Below are positions 9,540 through 19,707 of a DNA stretch of 64,000 bases, in pieces. Positions within the stretch are counted from its first letter, which is position 1; every line of letters begins with the position of its first letter. Location: NCBI GenBank assembly GCA_963808235.1, contig CAWEEQ010000004.1, forward strand, positions 3,584,001 to 3,648,000, written 5' to 3'. Under the pieces are notes generated by a model that made no database searches, was not told the DNA's origin, and saw only the letters and a list, made by a program, of their open reading frames with translations. The stretch comes from an uncultured delta proteobacterium (GTDB lineage: Bacteria; Desulfobacterota; Binatia; Binatales; Binataceae). A program made the translations under genes and the position numbers.

Positions 9540-10731
9540 CCTCGGCCGCCGCCGGCCCGTTCTCGCCATCGGCCTCATGTCCGGCACCTCGCACGACGGC
9601 GTGAGCGCCGCCCTCGTCGACATCGACGAAGCGTCCAGCCCGCCCGCGCGCGTTGTCGCCTTCCACACTTTTCCTTACCCGGCGCGCTTTCGCACCGAGC
9701 TGCTCGCGGCGTCCGCGGATCGGAAAGTCGGCGCGAGCGTTATCTCGACGCTCAACTTCGCGCTCGGCCGCGAGCTGGGTCGCGCCGCGCTCGGAATCGC
9801 GCGCCGCGCACGCATCCCACTTTCAGAAATCGCGTTCATCGGCTCCCATGGCCACACTTTTTTTCATCTGCCGCCGCGACGAGCGACACGCGGCCTGCTC
9901 GCCTCCACGATGCAACTCGGCGAATCCGCGATCATAGCCGCCGTGACCGGCATTCCCGTCGTCGCCGACTTCCGCCCGATGGACCTCGCGCTCGGCGGTG
10001 AAGGCGCTCCGCTCGCACCGCTCACGCATCTATGGCTTTTTGCCGATCGGAAACGCGGCCGCGTCGTGTTGAACATCGGCGGCATCGCCAACGTGACTCA
10101 CATTCCGCCGCGCGCGCGTCTCGGCGATCCTCATCTCATCGCTTTCGATACCGGCCCTGGAAACATGATGCTCGACGCGCTAGCCGCTGAAATCTCGAGC
10201 GGACGCGCCCGCATGGACCGCGACGGCCGCATCGCCGCGCGCGGCCACGTCAACCAGGCGCTGCTTTCCAAACTGATGCGACATCCCTACTTCAAGCGCC
10301 GCCCGCCAAAATCCACCGGCCGCGAGGAGTTCGGCGATGATCTCCTCGCGCGAATCGTCGCCCACGCCCGCCGCGCCAAAATCGACGACACTGACCTCCT
10401 CGCGACTCTGACCGCGCTCACCGCGCGCTCGATCGCCGACGCATGCAGTCGGTTCATCATCCCGCGCGGCCCTGTCGACCAGTTGCTAGTAACTGGCGGT
10501 GGCGCACGAAATCCCACCCTCATGCGAATGCTTGCCGCAGAGCTACTGACTATTGAAGTGACTACTGCCGATAGAGTCGGCGTAAACGGCGACGCGCTGG
10601 AAGCCGTCGCTTTCGCAATCCTCGGCTACCAGATGCTCCACGGCCGCCCGGGCAATATCCCGAGCGTCACCGGCGCCCGCGCCCCCGCAATCCTGGGCAA
10701 ACTAACCCTCCCCCCTTCGTCTAACCGGTGA
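9469..10731 (+). CDS. anmK: Anhydro-N-acetylmuramic acid kinase (start uncertain; basic N-terminal extension)
   Basis: IGLMSGTSHDG, GSHGHT, GGEGAPLAP, NIGGIAN, FDTGPGN, PPKSTGREEF. Confidence 0.93.
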   Translation: MKHPKKHPKTKKKLATKTRTIKISLGRRRPVLAIGLMSGTSHDGVSAALVDIDEASSPPARVVAFHTFPYPARFRTELLAASADRKVGASVISTLNFALGRELGRAALGIARRARIPLSEIAFIGSHGHTFFHLPPRRATRGLLASTMQLGESAIIAAVTGIPVVADFRPMDLALGGEGAPLAPLTHLWLFADRKRGRVVLNIGGIANVTHIPPRARLGDPHLIAFDTGPGNMMLDALAAEISSGRARMDRDGRIAARGHVNQALLSKLMRHPYFKRRPPKSTGREEFGDDLLARIVAHARRAKIDDTDLLATLTALTARSIADACSRFIIPRGPVDQLLVTGGGARNPTLMRMLAAELLTIEVTTADRVGVNGDALEAVAFAILGYQMLHGRPGNIPSVTGARAPAILGKLTLPPSSNR

Positions 10732-10765
10732 GGGCGATCAGATCGAGCCGAATGGCGGAACCTCG

Positions 10766-12175
10766 CTATTTCCCGATGCAGAAGTCGCGGAAGATCGCGT
10801 CGAGCACATCTTCCGAGCTGATCTCTCCGGTGATCGAGCCGAGCGCATCGGCTGCCGCTGAGATGTCCACCGCGACTACCTCCGGAGGCTGCGGTGCGAG
10901 CGCCGATGCGCGCGCGTTCCTGAGCGCTCCCAGTGCCGACGCGAGCGCATCGCGATGCCGCTCGCGCGAGATTATCACTTCGCGGTTGGATGCAACCGCC
11001 GGCTGGCCAACGACCAGGGCTTCGATAACCTTCGTCAGCTCAGCGCGCAGCACAGCAGCCTCGTCGAGTTGAATTGCCGAGAGCGGAATAATCGGCAACT
11101 CGAGACCGCACCTGCGCAGATCGGCGACAGTGGTGACCGCGGGCAGGTCGCGCTTGTTCAAAACCGCCAGGCCCGCGTGCCCTTTCGTGAATCGAATCAG
11201 CGCAAAATCTTCGGCTTCGAGCGAACGCGACGAATCGAACACCGCGATCAGCAGGTCGGCGTCGCGCGCCGCTTTCATCGTGCGTGCGATTCCTATTCGC
11301 TCGACCGTGTCGACGCTGTCCGAATCGGCGGCAGGGTCGCGGATGCCGGCGGTGTCGTTCAGCACTAGCGCGTAAGCCCCGAGATGCACCGAGTCTTCGA
11401 TCACATCGCGAGTCGTGCCGGCGATCGGTGTCACGATCGCGCGCTCGGCGCCGAGTATCAGGTTGAGCAGGCTCGATTTGCCGGCGTTGGTGCGCCCGAT
11501 GATCGTCGCGCGAACGCCGTCGCGCATCATGAGTCCGCGCGCAAAGCTGTCATGCAGCAGTTCGACCGCCTCAATCAAGCCATCGATCTCGGCGGCTATC
11601 TCCGCGCGCGACGGGAGCCTGATGTCTTCGTCGGAGAAATCGATTTCCACTTCCAGATGCGCCCGAATCGCGATCACCTCTCCGCGAAGCTCGGCGACCC
11701 GATCCGACAGCGCGCCCGCTAGATGCGAAAGCGCCTGCGCGAGAGCGGTTTCGCTCCGCGCCGAGACCAGGTCGGCGATTGCCTCGGCCTCGGCAAGATC
11801 GATTCGCCCGTTCAGAAACGCGCGGCGGGTAAATTCCCCCGGATCGGCAAGCCGCGCTCCCAATCCCGTCGCCAGCGCGACGATGCGCCGTACGATAAAC
11901 GCTCCGCCGTGGCATTGAAGCTCAACAACGTCCTCGCCGGTGAGACTGTGCGGAATGCGCATCGCAACTGCGAGCGCCCGATCGACCGACGCGCCAGTTG
12001 CGGGATCGACAATGTCGCCAAGCCGGAGCATCCGCGGGATAAGTTCGCCGGGATGCGCGGGGCGAAAAATCGCTCCAAGGATTTCGAACGCGCGCGGACC
12101 CGATATGCGCACGATCGCAACGGCCCCAGTCCCCGGCGCCGTAGCAGGCGCGACGATCGTGTCAGCAACGTACAT
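10766..12175 (-). CDS. mnmE: tRNA modification GTPase MnmE/TrmE
   Basis: DTIVAPAT, TGEDVVELQCHGG, PGEFTRRAFLNGRIDL, GRTNAGKSS, C-terminal FCIGK. Confidence 0.97.
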   Translation of the reverse strand: MYVADTIVAPATAPGTGAVAIVRISGPRAFEILGAIFRPAHPGELIPRMLRLGDIVDPATGASVDRALAVAMRIPHSLTGEDVVELQCHGGAFIVRRIVALATGLGARLADPGEFTRRAFLNGRIDLAEAEAIADLVSARSETALAQALSHLAGALSDRVAELRGEVIAIRAHLEVEIDFSDEDIRLPSRAEIAAEIDGLIEAVELLHDSFARGLMMRDGVRATIIGRTNAGKSSLLNLILGAERAIVTPIAGTTRDVIEDSVHLGAYALVLNDTAGIRDPAADSDSVDTVERIGIARTMKAARDADLLIAVFDSSRSLEAEDFALIRFTKGHAGLAVLNKRDLPAVTTVADLRRCGLELPIIPLSAIQLDEAAVLRAELTKVIEALVVGQPAVASNREVIISRERHRDALASALGALRNARASALAPQPPEVVAVDISAAADALGSITGEISSEDVLDAIFRDFCIGK

Positions 12176-12278
12176 CGGAGATAAAAGCTAGCATCGCAAC
12201 GCGTCCGAGCGTCAGCGCGCAAGCAATATCGTTGTGATCACTTGCGCAGGTGCCGGAATACGGCGATAAGCGATCCTG

Positions 12279-12545
12279 ATGAAGCTCACAAATGCGGCTG
12301 CGGCGCTATTGGCCGGATGGATTCTCCTCGCCCCCTCGATCGACTGCGCCCGGCGCGGCTTGGAGAAGGAAACGCCGCTCTCCGAATGGGAGAACGTCGA
12401 TACTTTCGGCTCTCAGCAGAGCTGCGAAGATTACCGGTCCACGGTGATCGAAACCGAAAAGAACGAACAGGCCAATGTCTACGTTGAACGCTACTCGTTC
12501 TCGATTTGCGTCCAGGACGACGACCCCCGACTCAAGCGCAACTAG
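12279..12545 (+). CDS. Small secreted protein with CxxxDDPRL C-terminus
   Basis: Hydrophobic N-terminus; PLSEW, F.S...CE and CVQDDDPRLK motifs. Confidence 0.75.
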   Translation: MKLTNAAAALLAGWILLAPSIDCARRGLEKETPLSEWENVDTFGSQQSCEDYRSTVIETEKNEQANVYVERYSFSICVQDDDPRLKRN

Positions 12546-12548
12546 CCG

Positions 12549-13130
12549 CTAGGCGACGATCCGATCCGAGAAACCGCTCACGTCGTAGGTCATCACCAGC
12601 AGATCGCGCGAGCGCCCGCGCCGATCTTCCACCCAATCAGAGAGCACCGCCTCCACCTGGAAACCCAGGTGCTCGAAGGCAGCGCGCGCCCGGGTCTGCT
12701 CCGTGGTCATCTGCGCGGTGATCTTTTTGAGCCCGAGCGATCGCGCGAGGTCGAAAATTTCCGCGACCAGCCTGCGCCCCAGGCCGGCGCTGCGAAAGCG
12801 CGAGGACGTGATGATGCGGATTTCGCCGACTCGCCGCGTCCATCGCGCCTGCTCCAGGTGAACACTCGCGTACGCGGCCAAATCGCCGTCGACCTCCGCG
12901 AGCAACGTGATGGTGTGTCCGGCTTTGATTGCGTCGGCCCATTGCTTGACCACGGCGCGGTCGGTGATGTCGGTGCGCAGGAAGAGCAAATCGTCCGCGG
13001 GCAGCGCCTTCGCAAATTCTATGATCGCGTCAACGTCCTTCGGCTCCATCAGGCGGATCGTCGCGCTCTTGCCGTCGCGCAGTTTTATCTGGATTGGATA
13101 GGGACGATTGGGTTTGATCTGCTCGGACAT
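12549..13130 (-). CDS. GNAT N-acetyltransferase
   Basis: FRSAGLG acetyl-CoA motif; GGAGGA RBS before the ATG at 13130. Confidence 0.85.
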   Translation of the reverse strand: MSEQIKPNRPYPIQIKLRDGKSATIRLMEPKDVDAIIEFAKALPADDLLFLRTDITDRAVVKQWADAIKAGHTITLLAEVDGDLAAYASVHLEQARWTRRVGEIRIITSSRFRSAGLGRRLVAEIFDLARSLGLKKITAQMTTEQTRARAAFEHLGFQVEAVLSDWVEDRRGRSRDLLVMTYDVSGFSDRIVA

Positions 13131-13458
13131 CGGGATCCTCCGCCGAAAATGTGCGCGATGCCTGGCGCTCCGTCGTCGCGACCGTTTAGCAACGATCACG
13201 AACAGGTAACATCAAGGCAACCGCGCAGTGCGCTATCCTTAGATCACCGGCCTCCGATCCGGCAAGCGGATCCGGGTGCCTGAAATTGGCTTGCCTTTGG
13301 GCGATGATGCCTGCCAAAGTTTGATTTCTGCGCAGTACGTCGCCGGGTCTATGTGCCTGTCGCGACGATGGCCGCGCACAGTCGAAAATCGAAAACCTCA
13401 CGAAAAATGTGAAATGGCCGCAAGGGCTGGGTCCTTGCACGTTCTGAGGTGATCTAAG

Positions 13459-15000
13459 ATGGCAGAAAATTCGGTAAATCCCCCCGCATCCGGTTATCGG
13501 CTCTCGACCCAGGACGCGACCTTTATCTACGGCGAGTCGCAAAACGGGCCGCTGCATATCGGGTCGATCGGGATTTTCGAGGGCCGCGTGGACTTCCACG
13601 CCCTGCTCGGGCACTTCGAGGAACGAATCCATCTGGTCCCGCGCTACCGCCAGCGCCTGATCCAGGTGCCGCTCAACGTAGCGCACGCCATGATGGAAGA
13701 CGACCCGGAATTCTCGATGGACAACCACGTCTTTCGCCATGAACTCGACGACGGGTTGAGCGAGACCGATGCGATCGCCGAGATGATGGAGATCTATCAG
13801 ACCCCGCTCGAACGAACTCATCCGCTCTGGCAACTCCATGTCTTTGAAAATCTGGAAGGTAATCGCACCGCGCTCGTCTGGAAGGTGCATCATTGCCTCG
13901 TTGATGGGGTCTCCGGGGTCGAGTTGCTCAAGGTGATGTACGATTTTCGCGCCGAGCCCGAAGATATACCGCCGCCGTCCGAACCGTGGGTCCCCGCGCG
14001 CCCGTCGAGTATCGTGCGCAGATTCGCGGAGGGAATTCGCGATCAGATTCAGACCACGGTCAACTCGACTATCAACGCCGCCGTCGAGATGGCGGAGGAG
14101 CCGTCCAGGGTGGCGGAGCGCGCCCGGCAGCTCGGCGAGGCCACCCGCCTGATGACCGAGCTGGTGACGCGGCGAATCGTCGCGACGCCATGGAACTCAA
14201 CGCCGATCGGGCAGGAAAGGATCGTTGCCTGGAGTAAGCAATCGTTTGCAGACTTTCGGGCCATACGCACCGCCTTCGGCGGATCGGTAAATGATGTCGT
14301 ACTGGCTATGTTGACCGAGGGCGCCGCGCGCTACTTGAACCATCATGGGTACGCCGTCGAAGGTCAGCAACTATGTATCGGATGCCCGGTGAACGTGCGG
14401 CATAAGGATGAGCGGCACTCGCTCGGTAACCGCGTCTCGATGATGTTCCCGACTGCCCCCGCCGAGCCGATGGACATCGTCGAACGGCTGAGGCTGATCC
14501 ACGATGAGACCGAACGCATCAAGGCTGCGGGCTCGGCGCAGGCTCTGGAAGCCATGATGACGCTTGGCGACGCGGTTCCACCGGCTATGATTGGTCCAGC
14601 TGCGCGCGTGGCGACCACGATGCTCGACACCGCGGGCAGGTTCGCGGAGTGGACAGGATGGAAGCCACGGCCGGGCGGCTTTGGGCTGCCCGCGACGGGA
14701 ATAAATTTTATCGCGACTAACGTGCCGGGAGTCCAGGTCCAGCAATATCTCAACGGCCACGTATGCCTCGAGATGGTGCCGCTGGTACCGCTCGCGGCGA
14801 CGATGGGCTACGGAGTAGCTATACTAAGTTACTATCGCAGTCTGTACTTCGGAATGATGGCGGAGCCGCGCGTGATGCCCGACGTCGCGCTGATGAAGGC
14901 GTTCGTGGACGACGCGTTCGCGGAACTGAAGCGCCGATGCGCGGAACTGTCGCCGCCAAGCGTCGAGCAGGAGCCTCGGCTGCAAAGCGTCAGCGCGTAG
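13459..15000 (+). CDS. Wax ester synthase / diacylglycerol acyltransferase (WS/DGAT)
   Basis: HHCLVDG catalytic motif, SVNDVVLA, LGNRVS, TNVPG. Confidence 0.93.
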   Translation: MAENSVNPPASGYRLSTQDATFIYGESQNGPLHIGSIGIFEGRVDFHALLGHFEERIHLVPRYRQRLIQVPLNVAHAMMEDDPEFSMDNHVFRHELDDGLSETDAIAEMMEIYQTPLERTHPLWQLHVFENLEGNRTALVWKVHHCLVDGVSGVELLKVMYDFRAEPEDIPPPSEPWVPARPSSIVRRFAEGIRDQIQTTVNSTINAAVEMAEEPSRVAERARQLGEATRLMTELVTRRIVATPWNSTPIGQERIVAWSKQSFADFRAIRTAFGGSVNDVVLAMLTEGAARYLNHHGYAVEGQQLCIGCPVNVRHKDERHSLGNRVSMMFPTAPAEPMDIVERLRLIHDETERIKAAGSAQALEAMMTLGDAVPPAMIGPAARVATTMLDTAGRFAEWTGWKPRPGGFGLPATGINFIATNVPGVQVQQYLNGHVCLEMVPLVPLAATMGYGVAILSYYRSLYFGMMAEPRVMPDVALMKAFVDDAFAELKRRCAELSPPSVEQEPRLQSVSA

Positions 15001-15011
15001 GGAACTCACAC

Positions 15012-15593
15012 TTGAGCGCAGGGGCTGACCTGGTCAGGTGTCCGTGGGCGCGCAACGAGCGGTCGATTCGCTACCACGATGAGGAGTGGGGCGTTCCGGT
15101 GCATGACGAGCGGCGATGGTTCGAGTTTCTGACCCTCGAGGGCGCGCAGGCCGGACTTAGCTGGGACACCATCTTGCGCAAGCGCGAGAACTATCGAAGC
15201 GCGTTCGCCGGCTTCGATCCTGCCCGGGTTGCCAGGTTCAATGAGAAAAAGATTGCGCGCCTGCTCGCCGACACGGGAATCGTGCGCAATCGCTTGAAGA
15301 TCAATTCCGCGATCGGAAACGCGAAGGCGTTCCTCGCTGTTCAAAAAGAGTTCGGCAGCTTCGACGATTACATCTGGCGACACGTCGGCGGGAGGCCGCG
15401 AATCAACGCCTGGCACGCGCTCAAGCAGGTGCCCGCGCGGACCACCGAATCAGACGCGATGAGCAAGGACTTGATCGCGCGCGGATTCAAGTTCGTCGGC
15501 TCGACGATCTGCTACGCAATGATGCAAGCAACCGGCATGGTCAACGATCATCTAATCGATTGCGCCAGGTACAAGGCGGTATCGCGCGTATAG
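15012..15593 (+). CDS. tag: DNA-3-methyladenine glycosylase I
   Basis: RCPW, YHDEEWG, LEGAQAGLSW, GIVRNRLKI, VNDHLIDC; TTG start inferred. Confidence 0.93.
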   Translation: MSAGADLVRCPWARNERSIRYHDEEWGVPVHDERRWFEFLTLEGAQAGLSWDTILRKRENYRSAFAGFDPARVARFNEKKIARLLADTGIVRNRLKINSAIGNAKAFLAVQKEFGSFDDYIWRHVGGRPRINAWHALKQVPARTTESDAMSKDLIARGFKFVGSTICYAMMQATGMVNDHLIDCARYKAVSRV

Positions 15594-15641
15594 CGCAGAA
15601 GGAGAATAAGACAGGATCTCATTTTTTTCCCCTATCAAACA

Positions 15642-15745
15642 TCGAACAAGCGCGCAGCGACCGCATCTTCTCTTATTCCCTCGCTCAGGTGCAGGGGCTG
15701 GCCCCTGCCCAAGGAAGTTCGGAATCCCACGGTGGGTTTCAAATT
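15642..15745 (-). repeat. Multi-hairpin repeat, degenerate copy F
   Basis: Minus strand reads TGAAACCCACCGTGGGATT..CTTCCTTGGGCAGGGG-CCAG-CCCCTGCACC..AAGATGCGG..TGTTCGA. Confidence 0.7.
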
Positions 15746-15789
15746 GAGTCGAGCGTCTTCTCTTTATTCTCGCAGCGAAGAATCCGACT

Positions 15790-17349
15790 TTATGGCACAA
15801 AACATGACTGGCCGCGTGCGATTACCGCCGCGTAGGATTTGCCGCGTTTGATCAGGACCAGGTGGCGGCTGCCGTGATCGGAAGTCAGCACCGGCTCGAA
15901 GTCGAGCGCTTCGTGCTGATGAACTTTCCAGACCGCCGCGGGCAGGATGATGAAGCCCGGCGGTGCGTCGCTCAGGCGCCCGTGCAGTTCAGGGGCGTCG
16001 CGATCCAGATAGAACAGCAGCGGTGCCGCTTCTTCACCTAGCTCGAAAATGTAGAGCGGATCTTCAGCCGCCACGACGCGGCCGATTTCGGCAGCGGCGG
16101 GCCGAAACGAATCGTTGCGACAAGCGTTCACTTCGCTTCGCGGCACATAGAAAAAATTAAAGATGATAAGTCCGCAGCATAGTGCGGCGTATGTCCATAC
16201 TGCGGCGCGGCGGAATGCAGCGGGCGGAATCGTCAGTATCCACCATGCCAGAATCACCGCGGCGGCCGGCCATACCGGCAGCAGGTACGCGCGGCGTTTG
16301 TAGGCGGCCAGAGTGAAAAAAACGACCGTGACGAAATAGAAGATCGCGAACAGGCGGACGGTGGCAATCGGCAGCGTGGTCGAGCGGTCGCCCTCAGCCG
16401 ACGCTTGCAGACTCGCGCCGGGCTCTCCCGATGAGCCAGGTGAAAGACGCGGAGTGAGTAATGCGTACACGGCGGCGACTGGGATGAGAATACTCAGTGG
16501 GGCGGAATTGAGTAGTATGGGTTTCAGGTAGTACCACGGCGCCATCGCGCCCAACGAGCCGGCGAAGCGGCCGAGATTTTCTTCGCCGATCTGGCGGTTG
16601 AGGAATGCGAAGTGGCCGCTGAGATAGCAGGCCGCGTACCAACTTGAGGCGAGCGCCGCGCCGACGATGATCGCGCCGGGATCGAGCATCGTGAGTAGTT
16701 GGCGCGGCCGCTGCTCGACAATCATGAAGACTACGATCGACGCACCGGGAAGAATCGCGCCGACTGGCCCTTTGGCGAGCACGCCGAGTCCGAGCGAAAT
16801 CGCAACCAGGTAGAGTGCCGCGAGATTGGACTCGGCGCGCGCGACGCGGCCCGAAGAATTCGGATCGCGCGGCAGCCACCACATGAACGCGAACAGCGCG
16901 AGCGTTTCGAAAAAGCATAGCGTCATATCCACGCGGCCGAAGCGGCCCTGGCTGACGTATTGGTATGAGCCGGCGAGCGCGAGTCCGGCCAGGATGGCCC
17001 CCTCGACCCCCAGGACTCGGTACGCAAAGAGCATCGTGAGCGCAATGCCAAGGATCGCGTAGAGCGCGGACGGCAGGCGCAAGTTTGCGGCGGTGACTTT
17101 GCGGATACCCGCCACCCGATCGATCGCGACGGCCGTCCAGTGGAACAGCGGCGGCTTGTACATCGGGACCTTCCCGTTCTCGACCGGGAAAAGCACATGG
17201 CCTTGCTCGACCATCTGCTGTACGAAGACGCCCTCGACCGCCTCGTTGCCGGTGCATACGTCGCCCGCGCCGAGGCGATAGAGCATCAGCGCCGCGCTGA
17301 TGATCGCGATCGCGACGATAGCTGCGACGGGCGGGATTCTAGTCGGCAT
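15790..17349 (-). CDS. ArnT/PMT-like GT-C membrane glycosyltransferase
   Basis: KPPLFHW, LRLPSA, LAKGPVG, PWYYL, KRRAYLLPVWP; multiple TM segments. Confidence 0.88.
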   Translation of the reverse strand: MPTRIPPVAAIVAIAIISAALMLYRLGAGDVCTGNEAVEGVFVQQMVEQGHVLFPVENGKVPMYKPPLFHWTAVAIDRVAGIRKVTAANLRLPSALYAILGIALTMLFAYRVLGVEGAILAGLALAGSYQYVSQGRFGRVDMTLCFFETLALFAFMWWLPRDPNSSGRVARAESNLAALYLVAISLGLGVLAKGPVGAILPGASIVVFMIVEQRPRQLLTMLDPGAIIVGAALASSWYAACYLSGHFAFLNRQIGEENLGRFAGSLGAMAPWYYLKPILLNSAPLSILIPVAAVYALLTPRLSPGSSGEPGASLQASAEGDRSTTLPIATVRLFAIFYFVTVVFFTLAAYKRRAYLLPVWPAAAVILAWWILTIPPAAFRRAAVWTYAALCCGLIIFNFFYVPRSEVNACRNDSFRPAAAEIGRVVAAEDPLYIFELGEEAAPLLFYLDRDAPELHGRLSDAPPGFIILPAAVWKVHQHEALDFEPVLTSDHGSRHLVLIKRGKSYAAVIARGQSCFVP

Positions 17350-17393
17350 TCAATACTCAGTCGCGCAATACTCAGTCGTGACAAAATTAATAG

Positions 17394-18575
17394 TCAGTCG
17401 AGGTCAGAGCGGTAGATACTGATATGTTTGATTCGCCCCGAGTCGTAGCCGCGCCATTTGGCGGCAGGTACTTCGCGGGCGCCGGCGCGTTTAAATCCGA
17501 GCCGCTTGAAAAAGCCGCCGACCCGCTCCTCGCTGGTGCATGCGAATACATATTTGAGACGGCGGGCTCCCGCCTCCTTGAGGATTTCGCGGACCAGTAC
17601 CGCGGCCACGCCTTCACCCTGGAACCTGGTCAGGGTGTACATCGCGGTGATCTCTCCGGCGCGATCCCGGCGATAGGGCTCGGTCAGCAGCGAGCAGATT
17701 CCGGCCAGGTGCTCGTCGCCGATTCGGTAGCCGAAGCATGAAGGCAGGATTTGCGCTATCTGATCGGAGTTGCGCGGCAGCAGATGCCCTTCGTTCTGAG
17801 CGCGCACGATGAGCGCCTCGACTTCCTCAAAGTCGTCGATCGAAACCGGGCGCACGAAGCCGTACTGCATCTCAGTGAAGAGCGTGCCGGCGCCGACGAA
17901 GCTGAACAATTCCTCGTAGACGTCGCGCGGCGCGACCATGTTCACGCTGCCGACGCCGTCTTCGAGCGCGTCGAGCGCGGCGCGCACGATTGCTTTGCGA
18001 GCGCGCGAGCGGACCTGCCGCCGGACCCGGCCGATACGGCGCTGCTCGACGAAAGAAAGTCGCTCGCCATGCTTGTCGAGAAGGCCGCCGCCCCGATCGA
18101 GCATCAGCAGCTTGAAGACGCGCAGCCGGCTGGCGAGTTCGCGGGCGAAGACGATCAGATCGTCGGCGTCGTCGCGACTCATCGAGGCGACCACGATCGA
18201 TCCGGCGCGCAGCCGTTCCCATATTTCGGCGACCGCGGAATCCGGCGGATACGGGCGCGAGCGAAGTCCGTCGGACGGATTGAAAATCGGCGGCGGTTCC
18301 TTCGGCGCGAGGCGGCCAAGCCGGCGGATCAGCTTGGGCAGCGCGCTCGGCGAGACGATCACGACGCATCGCGACTGGTTGCGCCTGAGTTCGCGCAGCG
18401 TCTGCACCAGCGAATCGAAATCCGCGATGCGCAGGCCGGCGGGAGGAACGAACGCGAAGAGAAGGCTCTTGCCGTAAAATTCCTCGAGATAAAAAGTTTT
18501 CTCGGAAAAAAGCGGCGCGCTGCGGCGTCGCGATCCACCGTAATCTTCGAGAGAGACGGAGCTCGAGTCTGCCAC
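17394..18575 (-). CDS. ArgA-like N-acetylglutamate synthase (divergent AAK domain plus GNAT)
   Basis: ELFSFVGAGT, VRPVSIDD..LLPR and FQGEGVA resemble ArgA linker and GNAT motifs. Confidence 0.7.
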   Translation of the reverse strand: MADSSSVSLEDYGGSRRRSAPLFSEKTFYLEEFYGKSLLFAFVPPAGLRIADFDSLVQTLRELRRNQSRCVVIVSPSALPKLIRRLGRLAPKEPPPIFNPSDGLRSRPYPPDSAVAEIWERLRAGSIVVASMSRDDADDLIVFARELASRLRVFKLLMLDRGGGLLDKHGERLSFVEQRRIGRVRRQVRSRARKAIVRAALDALEDGVGSVNMVAPRDVYEELFSFVGAGTLFTEMQYGFVRPVSIDDFEEVEALIVRAQNEGHLLPRNSDQIAQILPSCFGYRIGDEHLAGICSLLTEPYRRDRAGEITAMYTLTRFQGEGVAAVLVREILKEAGARRLKYVFACTSEERVGGFFKRLGFKRAGAREVPAAKWRGYDSGRIKHISIYRSDLD

Positions 18576-18589
18576 TTAAGGATTTACGG

Positions 18590-19057
18590 CTACGCGGTTC
18601 CGGACTTCGCGGGTGAGACCGCGTCGGGCGCGCATACCGGCGGAGCGGGGCGCGACGCGGCGATTTCCGCAAGCGAAGTATCGGAGAAAACTTCGAGCAG
18701 GACGCGCTGGCCCTTTTCCCATACGCGATACATCCGGCAGGTCGGCTGCAGAGCGCATGAGCTGCTGCCGTCGGTGCATACGTTGAGCGTGATCGGACCT
18801 TCGACCGCCTCGATAATGTCGCGAAACGTGATCGTGTCCGCTTTGCGCGCCAGCTGATAGCCGCCGCCGGGGCCGCGCCGCGCATGAACGAGCCCGCGGC
18901 GCATCAGGTCGCGGATCACTTTTTCCAGGTAGTATTTTGGAATTTGCTCGCGAGTGGCTATTTCGGTGCCGCGCGCGACGCCGGCCGGACGATCGGCGAG
19001 ATAGATCATGGCCCGCAGCGCGTATTCGATCTTGCGCGGTATCTGCATCAGGCTCAT
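18590..19057 (-). CDS. Rrf2-family transcriptional regulator (3 Cys, probably Fe-S binding)
   Basis: EYALRAM, RGPGGGY, DIIEAVEG, C-x6-C-x5-C. Confidence 0.92.
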   Translation of the reverse strand: MSLMQIPRKIEYALRAMIYLADRPAGVARGTEIATREQIPKYYLEKVIRDLMRRGLVHARRGPGGGYQLARKADTITFRDIIEAVEGPITLNVCTDGSSSCALQPTCRMYRVWEKGQRVLLEVFSDTSLAEIAASRPAPPVCAPDAVSPAKSGTA

Positions 19058-19095
19058 GAGTTATTCACCGGACTCGCAACTATCAAAAGTGATCC

Positions 19096-19707
19096 TCACG
19101 AGGCGGCCGCCGCAGCCGCTCTCACCGCGAGAATTTTTTCGACGTATTTGACCAGCATGTCGTTCTCGATATTCACCGCGTCGCCCGCGCTTTTGAAACC
19201 GAGCGTGGTCGAACGAAGCGTGTGTGGAATCAGCTCGACGGAAAAGCTGCACTCGTGAACGTCGAAAATAGTCAGGCTGATACCGTCGATTGCGACCGAG
19301 CCTTTTTCGACCAGGTAGCGCGACTGCGCGGGCGCGACCTCGAAGGTGAAAAGTTTCGAGTCGCCCTCCGGCCGTATCGACACGATTCGCCCGACTCCGT
19401 CCACGTGGCCGGAGACCAGATGACCGCCGAGCAGTTTGTCGAGCGTGAGGCATCGCTCGAGATTGACCCGGGTGCCCGGCTTCAGTTGGCCAAGGACGGA
19501 GCATCGCAGGGTCTCGGCGGAGACGTCCATCGCAAAACGGCCGGCGCTTTTGGCGACCACGGTCAGGCACGCGCCGCTCACCGTGATCGAGTCGCCGATA
19601 TTTATTTCCGAAGTCGGGAGCGAGGTGTGAATCGTGATCACCGCGCCTTGATCGGTCGGCTTGAGGCTCTCGACGGTGCCGAGATCTTCGACGATTCCGG
19701 TGAACAT
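19096..19707 (-). CDS. ribE: Riboflavin synthase alpha chain
   Basis: MFTGIVE start, GACLT, LGGHLVSGHVD, KGSVAIDGISLT. Confidence 0.97.
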   Translation of the reverse strand: MFTGIVEDLGTVESLKPTDQGAVITIHTSLPTSEINIGDSITVSGACLTVVAKSAGRFAMDVSAETLRCSVLGQLKPGTRVNLERCLTLDKLLGGHLVSGHVDGVGRIVSIRPEGDSKLFTFEVAPAQSRYLVEKGSVAIDGISLTIFDVHECSFSVELIPHTLRSTTLGFKSAGDAVNIENDMLVKYVEKILAVRAAAAAAS

